Below, in pieces: positions 20,118 to 28,296 of a DNA stretch of 64,000 nucleotides. The notes beneath the pieces were generated by a model. The model was given only the letters and a program-made list of their open reading frames with translations, searched no databases and was not told the origin of the DNA. This stretch comes from Minisyncoccia bacterium (GTDB lineage: Bacteria; Patescibacteriota; Minisyncoccia; Phycocordibacterales; UBA918). How positions within the stretch are numbered: position 1 is the first letter of the stretch; each line of letters starts with the position of its first letter. A program made the translations under genes and the position numbers. The stretch is taken from contig JBKJIT010000003.1 of NCBI GenBank assembly GCA_046598345.1, positions 273,258 through 337,257 of the forward strand, read 5' to 3'.

Positions 20118-20321
20118 ATGAAGAATATAAAAAACTACAATCTCACAAAAATAATTAAGAAAGAGCATGCAGGTAAGTGGGTGGCGCTTTCTCCAAAGTA
20201 TGACAAAGTAGTGGGTTTTTCTGCAGATCTCGTTACACTTACCAAGAAAGTCGGAGGTAAAAAAGTTGTATACATGAAGGCGATGTCTCCAGACACACAC
20301 TACGCTTTTGTTCAGATCTAG
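20118..20321 (+). CDS. DUF5678-like small protein
   Basis: KEHAGKWVALSPKYDKVVG motif, upstream of a retropepsin gene. Confidence 0.7.
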   Translation: MKNIKNYNLTKIIKKEHAGKWVALSPKYDKVVGFSADLVTLTKKVGGKKVVYMKAMSPDTHYAFVQI

Positions 20322-20331
20322 TTTTTCCTAA

Positions 20332-20742
20332 ATGGAACAATATCACTATTTAGGAACGTTAGGGATGGGAAATAGTCCTATTATTTATAGACCCTCGATT
20401 GAAATTGAACTCATTAATGGTCGTAACAAAACCAAGCAAATGGCTATAGTTGATTCAGGTACGGATATTTCACTTATGGATTTTGGAGTGGCAAAAGTAT
20501 TGAATGTAGACTTTAAATCTTGCGAAAAAAGGAAGGTTGGAGGCATTACCGGAAGCAGTGTTGGATATCGTACTGACGTTGAAATAATCGTAGAGAGGTT
20601 TACTGCGCGGCTAAAAATCCCGGTTATTTTCGTTGAAGAGTTAAATACGGGAATTCTACTAGGACAAATTGGTTTCTTTGAACACTTCGTGATTACCTTT
20701 GATAAGAAAAAAAGTATTTTTACTCTAAAAGAAAATACCTAA
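20332..20742 (+). CDS. Retropepsin-like aspartyl protease
   Basis: AIVDSGTDISL catalytic motif; GILLGQIGFFEHF.ITF C-terminus. Confidence 0.88.
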   Translation: MEQYHYLGTLGMGNSPIIYRPSIEIELINGRNKTKQMAIVDSGTDISLMDFGVAKVLNVDFKSCEKRKVGGITGSSVGYRTDVEIIVERFTARLKIPVIFVEELNTGILLGQIGFFEHFVITFDKKKSIFTLKENT

Positions 20743-20794
20743 CTAAATAAAAAACCCCCTTGTTTTCACAAGGGGGTCGTGGCAGAGTATGTGG

Positions 20795-21223
20795 TCAGAG
20801 CTTGGCGATAACCGCCTTCACTTCTTTCCTCATGCCATGTACCGTTCTTGTCTCAGGCAACACTACTCCCAGAAGGTTGAGATACTCCTCTAACCACCTG
20901 AGTCTTGTGTCACCTAACTTCACCATGCGCCTCAATTCTGAAGGCGTGTAGGAAGCAAGCTCGGCAAGCCGCGTGTTCACTCCTGTCTTTTCCACGAAGG
21001 TAAACATCACCCGATTTCTCACCGAAGAGACCGTCCGGGCTGACCGTAGAAGCTTTTCCCGTGGGGACGCCTCGTTAGCCATTTTCCGATCAATCACTTC
21101 TTTGATAAATTCAGGATCAAAAACCTCCTTGATGTCGAGCAGTAATGCTTTCGCTGTGCTTTTCACTAGTCTTCTCCTTTCGCAGAAGTGCATGGTCCCT
21201 TTCGGGACGCAGACAATCCACAT
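20795..21223 (-). CDS. Protein with RNA polymerase alpha-CTD-like C-terminal domain
   Basis: SVR...RLAELASYTPSELRRMVKLGDTRLRWLEEYLNLLGV resembles the alpha-CTD pattern ([28 protein letters not shown]); start uncertain. Confidence 0.55.
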   Translation of the reverse strand: MWIVCVPKGTMHFCERRRLVKSTAKALLLDIKEVFDPEFIKEVIDRKMANEASPREKLLRSARTVSSVRNRVMFTFVEKTGVNTRLAELASYTPSELRRMVKLGDTRLRWLEEYLNLLGVVLPETRTVHGMRKEVKAVIAKL

Positions 21224-21326
21224 CCAGAGAGGAACCTGCCGGGGCCTAAATTACCATATAGTTTTTTTCTGTCAAGTCCTTATAAGGAACCATAGAAATA
21301 ATGAAAGAAATTGATACAATTAAAAT

Positions 21327-21845
21327 ATGAATATTGCGTACATTGACGGACAGAATCTCCGTATGGGTACTACAAGACGCGAGCCTGAGTGGCGGATAGA
21401 CCTAACTAGATTTCGTGTGTACCTAGAAAAGAAATATGCTGTAGAGCGCGCCTATTATTATCTCGGGTATGTACAAGAGGATGGCAAAGGTGACGCACTA
21501 TATGAAGAAATCCAAACTGCTGGTTTTATCCTAGTCTTTAGACAGCACAGTGCTGCAATGAAAGGTGAGAAGAAAGGGAATGTAGACTCAGATATTATTC
21601 TTTCAATTATGAAGCGTTTGTATTACAAGGAAGAATTTGACAAGATTGTACTTGTTTCTGGTGATGGGGATTATAAGCAACTCATTGATCTTCTCATAGA
21701 AGAAAAGAAATTAGAAAAAATCCTGTTTCCTAAACAACAGTATGCATCCTCTTTATATAAGCAAATTACGCGTCAGTATTTTGATGATCTAAGTAAGGAG
21801 GATATACGAGCAAAAATTGAAAAAAGAAAAGGGGGCCTTAGGTAG
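21327..21845 (+). CDS. NYN-domain (LabA/DUF88, PIN-like) protein
   Basis: AYIDGQNL, KGNVDSDI, LVSGDGDY. Confidence 0.92.
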   Translation: MNIAYIDGQNLRMGTTRREPEWRIDLTRFRVYLEKKYAVERAYYYLGYVQEDGKGDALYEEIQTAGFILVFRQHSAAMKGEKKGNVDSDIILSIMKRLYYKEEFDKIVLVSGDGDYKQLIDLLIEEKKLEKILFPKQQYASSLYKQITRQYFDDLSKEDIRAKIEKRKGGLR

Positions 21846-21985
21846 TTAGCCGTTTGGGCCCCTTTTCGTCGTGATGTTTAGATTATACACCGAAACTATG
21901 AAAAATCAATGAGTATCCCCAGGGTCAAATCCAATGTGTTTTATGGTTAATTTAGAAATAGATAATGCTCCCAGCATTACATCAG

Positions 21986-22324
21986 GATCCGACGGAGGTA
22001 ATCTTTCATTACATGAACAGTATACCTTTTGGCTATATTGATTCGTTCACTCTCAATCTAGCTCAAAAGCTTTTCGATTCTCACGCAACATGCTCCCAGC
22101 ATGATTCCACGAAATTGGAGCAAATCACTAGAAAAACTTCCTGTGGTGTCAGGTCACTAATTCGCTGACGCTCGTAAGCGCCTCCTACCCGGACTCGACC
22201 GTTTTTGCATTCTGATAGCAAAAACATGTCTCCGTCTATCACAGCGACACGCAAGCAAAGCAGTCTGCTTGCTAAAACGCAAAATGCCACTTCTTAAGAA
22301 GTGGCATTTTGCGTTTTGTCGATG
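21986..22324 (-). mobile_element. Gene-end-duplicating insert at tRNA-Glu 3' end (modules A and C)
   Basis: Minus strand: hairpin, module A (22145-22237), antisense CGTGAGAATCGAA, AAAGG-TATAC-TG-TTCA-TGTAA-TGAA-A, then degenerate 3' copy GATTACCTCCGTCGGATC (21986-22003). Confidence 0.65.
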
Positions 22325-22396
22325 TGATCCCACGGAGAATCGAACTCCGATTTCCAGGATGAAAACCTGATGTCCTAACCGTTAGACGATGGGACC
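22325..22396 (-). tRNA. tRNA-Glu(TTC)
   Basis: Reverse complement GGTCCCATCGTCTAACGGTTAGGACATCAGGTT TTC ATCCTGG...GTTCGATTCTCCGTGGGATCA. Confidence 0.94.
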
Positions 22397-22543
22397 GTAA
22401 AAATCCTTGGATTTTTGTTCGGTTCCATCGTCGTAGACGAGGGGTGAGAAAGTCTGGGGGGACTTTCGCAAGACCTTGCCTGATATTTTTGAAGGCTTTG
22501 CCGTAGAAAAATATCGACAAGGTGTACTGTCCCTGTAAGGGAC
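22397..22543 (+). mobile_element. Module-C insert at tRNA-Glu 5' end (opposite orientation)
   Basis: CGGTTCCATCGTC (22420-22432) is inverted to the tRNA 5' end; CCTTG...CAAGG-TGTAC-TG-TCCC-TGTAA-GGGA-C (22474-22543). Confidence 0.55.
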
Positions 22544-22606
22544 GCATACTCCGAACGTGGCTATACTACCTAAAAAGTGACAAAAATGCTAGTTTATATT
22601 CCTATT

Positions 22607-22624
22607 GGAAGAGTGGCTGAGTGG
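22607..22624 (+). repeat. Duplicate of tRNA-Ser 5' end (18 nt)
   Basis: GGAAGAGTGGCTGAGTGG identical to 22709-22726. Confidence 0.9.
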
Positions 22625-22708
22625 ATATAAGTGTACGGGGTATACTTTTATCCGAGCAGAGCGAGGAGGGCGAATCTGAAACCCGAAGACGCTCTGACAA
22701 TGAAATAT

Positions 22709-22795
22709 GGAAGAGTGGCTGAGTGGTTGAAGGCACCGGTCTCGAAAACCGGCATCGGGGAAACCCGATCGAGGGTTCAAATCCCTCCTCTTCCG
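22709..22795 (+). tRNA. tRNA-Ser(CGA)
   Basis: Acceptor GGAAGAG/CTCTTCC; CCGGT-CT CGA AA-ACCGG; long variable arm; GGTTCAAATCC. Confidence 0.95.
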
Positions 22796-22796
22796 C

Positions 22797-22952
22797 TTTT
22801 GAGTTTTGCGAGAAAGCGGAAGAGGAGGCCTAGCTTTTTTGAAAAAGTGTTAACGCGGATTTGAAAAGGTTGCCAGCAACTTTGTGACGTAAGGAAACAA
22901 AGTGGCGACAACCTGTACTGAACATGTAATGTTCAAATCCCTCCTCTTCCGC
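22797..22952 (+). mobile_element. Gene-end-duplicating insert at tRNA-Ser 3' end (module C)
   Basis: Antisense AAAGCGGAAGAGGAGG..GGATTTGAA; AGGTTG...CAACC-TGTAC-TG-AACA-TGTAA-TGTT-C; 22-nt exact repeat 22931-22952 = 22775-22796. Confidence 0.75.
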
Positions 22953-23090
22953 AGAGAGCAGAGTGAGTGGAGGCAGTAATAAGTTTACGAATATATTTTC
23001 AACCGACTTCTGACCGACTCCGTAGCTACCCATTCAAATTATTTGGTAGAACCTGTTATGATGTAGTGCGGTATCAGTGAATCATAAAAA

Positions 23091-23609
23091 ATGACTATGG
23101 AAGACTTTTCTACAAAACCATTTGCAATCAGTGACATTAGCGAAACATTGTTAAACCTCATCCCTGATTTAGTGCTCGTAAAAGGTGCACAGTCTCATAT
23201 CTTATGGGCAAACAAAGCATTTCAAGACTATTACGGAATGACGAATGAGGAACTAAGGGGACTTATCGATTCACCCTTGACCCAGCCTGACCACACACAG
23301 CAATACATAAAAGATGACGAGTATGTGTTTACTACTGGTAAAACACTTGATATTCCCTCAGAACCAGTAACGCGACATGATGGTGTTATTCGTTATTTCA
23401 ATACAATTAAATCAGCGGTGCGCAACGACTCGGGGGAAGTTGTAATGACAATTGGTATTTCGCGTGATATCACCGAGCGAAAAAAGGCAGAGGAAGACAT
23501 GAAAATTGCTCTTGCTGAATTAGAAAAGATCAATAGTCATATGGTAGACCGTGAGCTTAAAATGGTTGAGTTGAAGAAAGAGCTGAGCGAGCTAAAAAAG
23601 CAGCAATAA
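23091..23609 (+). CDS. Stand-alone PAS-domain protein with C-terminal coiled coil
   Basis: ANKAF...YGMTNEEL.G; IGISRDITERKKAEE; DRELKMVELKKEL. Confidence 0.85.
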   Translation: MTMEDFSTKPFAISDISETLLNLIPDLVLVKGAQSHILWANKAFQDYYGMTNEELRGLIDSPLTQPDHTQQYIKDDEYVFTTGKTLDIPSEPVTRHDGVIRYFNTIKSAVRNDSGEVVMTIGISRDITERKKAEEDMKIALAELEKINSHMVDRELKMVELKKELSELKKQQ

Positions 23610-23613
23610 TAGA

Positions 23614-24180
23614 ATGCAAACGAAATGGCTAATTGCTGGAGTTGGAGGAATTGGACTCTTACTAATCGCTCTCATGTTCCTTCTCCCTGAAAGGGTTGTT
23701 GCACCTGTTAAGGTGATTAACAGCTTTGAAGAGTGCAAAAATGCTGGGTATCCCATTATGGAAATCTACCCTGAACAATGTCGAACTCCAGATGGGGAAC
23801 TTTTTGTAAGAGTAATAGAAGAGGAAACCGGTACTCTCGACCCAGACCCAATACTAGTGCCTACTACAAAGGCGGGACGCGTTACCGGGCAGGTGACCAT
23901 AGGACCTATCTGTCCCGTTGAGCGAGAGGATCAGCCGTGTGTTATAGCGCCGGAAGTGTACACATCGCGAAAGGTTGTCGTATATGGATCTAATCAAGTA
24001 ACTGCTATACAGGAGATGTCACTTGATAGTGAAGGGAACTACACTTTTTCACTTCCACCTGGAACATACTGGCTACAAATCGTACCTGCAGGCATTGGAG
24101 AAGGAGAAAAGAAGCAAGTCACCATCCTGGCAGGGAAGACTACACCGCTCGATTTTGACGTCGACACAGGTATTCGTTAA
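23614..24180 (+). CDS. Membrane-anchored protein with carboxypeptidase-regulatory-like domain
   Basis: N-terminal TM; SFEECKNAGYPIMEIYPEQC motif; GPICPVER..PC; GNYTFSLPPGTY. Confidence 0.75.
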   Translation: MQTKWLIAGVGGIGLLLIALMFLLPERVVAPVKVINSFEECKNAGYPIMEIYPEQCRTPDGELFVRVIEEETGTLDPDPILVPTTKAGRVTGQVTIGPICPVEREDQPCVIAPEVYTSRKVVVYGSNQVTAIQEMSLDSEGNYTFSLPPGTYWLQIVPAGIGEGEKKQVTILAGKTTPLDFDVDTGIR

Positions 24181-24305
24181 GTCTATCTTCATAATTTCTT
24201 CATATTGAAAGCATATAATGCGAGTTGCGTAGTTCATTGAGACCCAGTGTACATGCGTGTAGTAGATACAAACCCGCCCATAATCTCTAATCAGAAAGGC
24301 ATACA

Positions 24306-24689
24306 ATGATGGATGGAGTCATTGTAATACTCAAACTAGGAACCAAAATCCCCGAGTGGATTGAAAAACATGAACAAATGGAGGTAATATCTCACGTGCG
24401 TCGCACACCACAGAAGGACGTGGCACTCAGAGTTCATAAAGGCAACGCCGTAATCCTTGATGGCCTTGTCTATGTGCGCTTGCCCGGCTCTGTCGAGGTT
24501 GTGCCGGCGTTTCAGGCAGAGGACGTTCTGCTAATCAAGACATTTGGAAACCGTGATCTCTTTGCCCACGAATGTTTTTGCCTCATGTGCAGGAGACTCG
24601 AAGGATTTCCTGTTGAGGGAGTAGGTGTGAAAAGGTGGAAGTGCAGGGTGTGTGGCAACATGTGGCCGCGCTCCGATCTGCTTCAGTAA
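24306..24689 (+). CDS. Hypothetical protein with C-terminal zinc ribbon
   Basis: CLMC...CRVCGNMW. Confidence 0.6.
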   Translation: MMDGVIVILKLGTKIPEWIEKHEQMEVISHVRRTPQKDVALRVHKGNAVILDGLVYVRLPGSVEVVPAFQAEDVLLIKTFGNRDLFAHECFCLMCRRLEGFPVEGVGVKRWKCRVCGNMWPRSDLLQ

Positions 24690-25166
24690 CGCATGTGCAA
24701 GTTCTAAGGAGAATCCCAGGCGACTTTTTGCCTGGGATTTTTTTGAAATTAAAAAACTCCCAAGATGGAAGTGTAAAATGTTTTTCTTGTGCCCCAGAAG
24801 CCCGCTTGTGCGGGCTTCTGTCCGGGTAAGTTCCTACGACGTGTGCGCGTCGCACATAAATAATATCACAAAGACTGAAAAGAGAGATACACACAACTTT
24901 TTCCCCTGTGAATAGCACAGGTTTGTACCCATGCTTATACACCTTCTTCTCCCCATGTTATCCCCGCTTTGGCTTAAAATATGGATGAAATAAAGAGGTA
25001 AAATACTGTATTGACGCAATTTCTAGGTGTGCGAAGCTTTATATACTCTTCGAGTGTGGTGACTTTCTTCACATATTAACACTCGTAACAGAGTGTAGTG
25101 GCTCGAAGGGTATGCTCTACGTTGTATAAGGAAAAACTGCCAAGCCGTTGGCGGTTTTTTCTATTC

Positions 25167-25283
25167 GAACTTCGCGCTCGGCGTTCTCCTTCGTTGCACT
25201 GCGCAAAATGATACTCATCGTATATGTATACGCCTCGCATCATTTTGCTTGTGCGCCTCGGATTACATCCAAGCACGAAGTTC
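25167..25283 (+). repeat. Family-B palindrome (copy 3) downstream of trxB
   Basis: CTTCGTTG...ACTCATCGTATATGTATACGCCTCG...CGCCTCGG, closed by GAACTTCG/CGAAGTTC. Confidence 0.8.
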
Positions 25284-25403
25284 TCAGTGTGTCGGTGGTC
25301 GTGTACTATTTGAGCATTCGGACTTTGCATCAATCGTATGCATTCGAATTGTGGGAAATAATAAAAGCCGCCTCAGAGAGGCAGCTTTTATTATGTATCC
25401 TTC

Positions 25404-26324
25404 TTACTTCGTTTTGAGGTGGACATAGATGTCTTCAAGGGCTCGTACAGCATCACCTGCTGAGATGTTGTTTTGGTGGTATTTGATGTTGGTGCAGTCA
25501 CCCGCAGCCCAAATGCCAGGAACGCTCGTTTGTTGCGTCCATGGGTCAATCTTTACGCGCTTGTATTCATCGAGCTCAAGAAGGTCAGCAGCGTAGTCGG
25601 TGGATGGCATGAGGCCGATTTCTACGAATATTCCTCCTGCAGGAACGGTGTGATCTACACCATCTTTGTCCGTGTATACCACTCCATTCACAAACTTGTC
25701 TCCCAAGATTTCCTTGGTGGTTGCATTAGTGATCGCTTTCATGTGGGGGTTAGCGAGGACTTTCTCTACGGTAACAGGATCAGCTTTAAAAGAATCATTG
25801 TAATGGAGAAGCGTGACGCTCTTCGTGTACGCGAGAAGCTGCGCAGCTGTCTCAAATCCTGCGTTTCCACCTCCAATTACCACAACGTCGCGTCCAGAGA
25901 ACAATGGGCCATCGCAGGTAGCACAGTATGTGAGTCCTTTCTGGTCATAGGTATCTGCGCCGGGAACGCCAAGTTTCCGTCGTACTGATCCTGTGGCAAT
26001 GAGAATTGCCTTTGCTTCATGGGTCTCGCCATTATCGAGCGTTACATCAAACCCTCCGTCTTTCTTTCCGATTTTGGTAACCAAGCTTCCATCTACGATA
26101 GTGACAAATTCACCGGAGTACGCCTTGAGGTGTTCCTCAAGATTCTTTGCAAGATCATTACCAGAAATGTTTTTCGTTCCAATCCAGTTTTGGATATCTG
26201 GAGATACAATACTCTGGCCGCCCCATTCCTTTGTTATAAAAAGTGTCTTGAGTTGCTTACGAGACGCATAGACTCCTGCTGAAATACCTCCGGGGCCGCC
26301 ACCAATAATAATAAGATCGTACAT
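25404..26324 (-). CDS. trxB: Thioredoxin-disulfide reductase
   Basis: YDLIIIGGGPGG, YCATCDG, VVIGGGNAG, AAGDCT. Confidence 0.9.
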   Translation of the reverse strand: MYDLIIIGGGPGGISAGVYASRKQLKTLFITKEWGGQSIVSPDIQNWIGTKNISGNDLAKNLEEHLKAYSGEFVTIVDGSLVTKIGKKDGGFDVTLDNGETHEAKAILIATGSVRRKLGVPGADTYDQKGLTYCATCDGPLFSGRDVVVIGGGNAGFETAAQLLAYTKSVTLLHYNDSFKADPVTVEKVLANPHMKAITNATTKEILGDKFVNGVVYTDKDGVDHTVPAGGIFVEIGLMPSTDYAADLLELDEYKRVKIDPWTQQTSVPGIWAAGDCTNIKYHQNNISAGDAVRALEDIYVHLKTK

Positions 26325-26380
26325 GAGAGTCTTAAAGTTATGAATATATAAAGTGTGGCACAATTTTACCGCATTGTGCC

Positions 26381-26421
26381 GTAAACAACAAAACCAGCCT
26401 TACGCTGGTTTTGTTGTTTAC
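26381..26421 (-). terminator. Intrinsic terminator immediately after the second ftsZ C-terminal copy
   Basis: GTAAACAACAAAACCAGC-CTTAC-GCTGGTTTTGTTGTTTAC. Confidence 0.85.
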
Positions 26422-26453
26422 TTCAATTTAGAACGTCTGAGGAATGCAGGAAC
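26418..26453 (-). repeat. Synonymously recoded second copy of the FtsZ C-terminal peptide ([11 protein letters not shown])
   Basis: GTT CCT GCA TTC CTC AGA CGT TCT AAA TTG AAG TAA versus in-gene GTT CCA GCA TTT TTG CGT AGA TCC AAA CTT AAG TAA. Confidence 0.95.
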
Positions 26454-26684
26454 GCGACTTACAGCGGTTGTTCAGGTTCTGAAACAATTTAAAACCGCCT
26501 GCAGGCGATCTAAATTGTCGAACAAGTTTGAATTTCCGGTACAGGGGTCAAGTTGCTAAATTATTTTAATAACTACGTTATTAAAATAATAAGCACTTCC
26601 TCCCCGGCCTCGCTGTCTCAGTGCATTAGGAATGGCACTTCGTATCGCTCTGGCTGGCTGTTCGCATTTTTGTGTTGTCCAAAC
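26454..26684 (-). mobile_element. 231-bp gene-end-duplicating insert at ftsZ (antisense arm, module A, module C)
   Basis: 26650-26684 is an imperfect inverse of 26693-26730. 18-nt and 16-nt blocks are identical to the tRNA-Phe unit. It ends GAACC-TGAAC-AA-CCGC-TGTAA-GTCG-C. Confidence 0.75.
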
Positions 26685-27920
26685 TTACTTAAGTTTGGAT
26701 CTACGCAAAAATGCTGGAACAGCCCCCCAGTCTGATTCGTCTTCTTCGTCGACGGGATCGACGGGTTTTGGCTCCTTCATCATTGTAAATGGTTTCTTTT
26801 CCTCCTGTACTTGAGCAACTACCTGCTCTTCCTCAGGCGCGCGTCCCATTCCAATGGAATTGAAGATACGTCCACGAACTTCTTCTTTCTCTTCGCGACG
26901 TTCAGTTGGTCGTTCCATACGATCGTCTCGACGCATTTGCGAACCGTGTGCTGAGCTTGATTCAGACTCAGGAAATCCTGTCGCGATAACCGTTACGCGA
27001 ATTTCGTTCTTTTTAAGTTTCTCGTCTCGAATTGCTCCAAAGATAACCTTTGCGTGTGGGTCAATGGATTCAGTAATAATGCGCGCAGCATCTTGAATTT
27101 CAAGCATACCGAGGTCATCACCTCCCGCAATTGCAAAGAGTACCCCTTTTGCCCCTGTAATAGAGACTTCAAGGAGGGGAGAGTTAATCGCAAAACGTGC
27201 CGCTTCCTCAGCTCGCTTTTCACCCGTTGAAAGTCCGACACCCATGAGTGCAGAACCAGCATTTTCCATAACACTTCGAATGTCAGCAAAGTCCACGTTA
27301 ATGATACCTGGCATGGTGATGAGATCGGAGATCCCCTCGACCGCCTGCTTAAGTACATTGTCACAGAGTTCGAATGCAGCTTTAACGCTCGTTTCACGGT
27401 CAACGATTGCGAGAAGTCTATCGTTTGGAATAGTGATGAGTGCGTCCACTTCTTTCTTCAGTTCTTCAATTCCTTGAAGTGCGAGACGCATTCGCTCTTG
27501 TCCTTCGAAGAGGAATGGCTTCGTGACCACACCAACGGTAAGAGCACCACTGTCACGAGAAATTTTTGCAACAACAGGTGCTGCTCCGGTCCCGGTACCA
27601 CCACCCATACCACCCGTAATAAAAATCATGTCTGATCCTTTGAGTGCGTTTGCGATTTCCTCGCGAGTTTCTTCAGCTGCTCGACGGCCCATGTCTGGAT
27701 TTCCACCTGCACCGAGTCCGCGGGTGAGATTTTTTCCAATGTGGATCTTTCGTTTTGCCATTGAGTTATGGAGATCTTGCGCATCGCTGTTGATTGCGAT
27801 GAATTCGACGCCTTTCACCTTCGCACCAACCATGTGATTTACTGCGTTTCCACCGGAGCCACCAACACCGATTACTCGAATTCGTGCGAATGATTCAACG
27901 TCTGTCTTAATCTGTTCCAT
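26685..27920 (-). CDS. ftsZ: Cell division protein FtsZ
   Basis: [27 protein letters not shown]-terminal VPAFLRR. Confidence 0.99.
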   Translation of the reverse strand: MEQIKTDVESFARIRVIGVGGSGGNAVNHMVGAKVKGVEFIAINSDAQDLHNSMAKRKIHIGKNLTRGLGAGGNPDMGRRAAEETREEIANALKGSDMIFITGGMGGGTGTGAAPVVAKISRDSGALTVGVVTKPFLFEGQERMRLALQGIEELKKEVDALITIPNDRLLAIVDRETSVKAAFELCDNVLKQAVEGISDLITMPGIINVDFADIRSVMENAGSALMGVGLSTGEKRAEEAARFAINSPLLEVSITGAKGVLFAIAGGDDLGMLEIQDAARIITESIDPHAKVIFGAIRDEKLKKNEIRVTVIATGFPESESSSAHGSQMRRDDRMERPTERREEKEEVRGRIFNSIGMGRAPEEEQVVAQVQEEKKPFTMMKEPKPVDPVDEEDESDWGAVPAFLRRSKLK

Positions 27921-28191
27921 AACTATTTTATGTAATACCTCAGAGCCCCGTAAGCCCAAACTAGTAAAGTACGACTATCATACAGGTCACAAAAATATCT
28001 GTCACTATATTGACAAATTTCACTTGCGTGCGATTGAACAAACAATAGAATGTGTCCTCAATAACCTTATTTTACAAGCTTTAATTCATCTTAAAGCCAT
28101 ATCTATAAGAATCCAGAAGACATACGGTATTGATTGAAGTTACAGAAACGAGAGCAAAATTACTGTTCGAGTCGAACAGTACCTTAATCAG

Positions 28192-28292
28192 TGAAGCGTA
28201 AGATACGCGGCGGCGAGGAGAGAAAACACGAAACGTACTACAGTTACGGTAAGTGTTTAAGCGACAAAGCTAACAAAGTAGATGACGCTTCA
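28192..28292 (-). repeat. Family-B palindrome (copy 4) directly after ftsA stop
   Basis: Minus strand: CATCTACTTTGTT...CTTACCGTAACTGTAGTACGTTTCG...CGCCGCGTATCT, closed by TGAAGCGT/ACGCTTCA. Confidence 0.75.
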
Positions 28293-28296
28293 ATGC

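Noticed and set aside
16070-22003. Defence-like cluster as an integrated element bounded by a tRNA-Glu att repeat
   Set aside because: The only tRNA-Glu 3' copy I found (21986-22003) lies on the tRNA side of the cluster. I saw no distal repeat and no integrase.
22857-22935. Module C as a hammerhead or hairpin ribozyme (GAAA ... CUGA-like motifs)
   Set aside because: The CUGANGA core is absent (CTGTAC/CTGAAC/GTATAC instead) and I could not match a known ribozyme consensus by eye.
21965-23033. Short ORFs across the tRNA-Glu/tRNA-Ser region
   Set aside because: They are translations of tRNA genes and palindromic inserts with no protein-like features.
24900-24970. oriC / DnaA-box cluster
   Set aside because: Only degenerate boxes (TTATACACC, TTATCCCCG, CTATTCACA) are present and there is no dnaA/dnaN nearby.
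26454-26684. ftsZ/lepA/tRNA inserts as group I or group II introns
   Set aside because: I could not find the group I P7 core or the group II domain V. The genes are complete without splicing, the junction bases are not consistently U|...G, and one module-C copy is antisense to its host transcript. A novel splicing route is not excluded.
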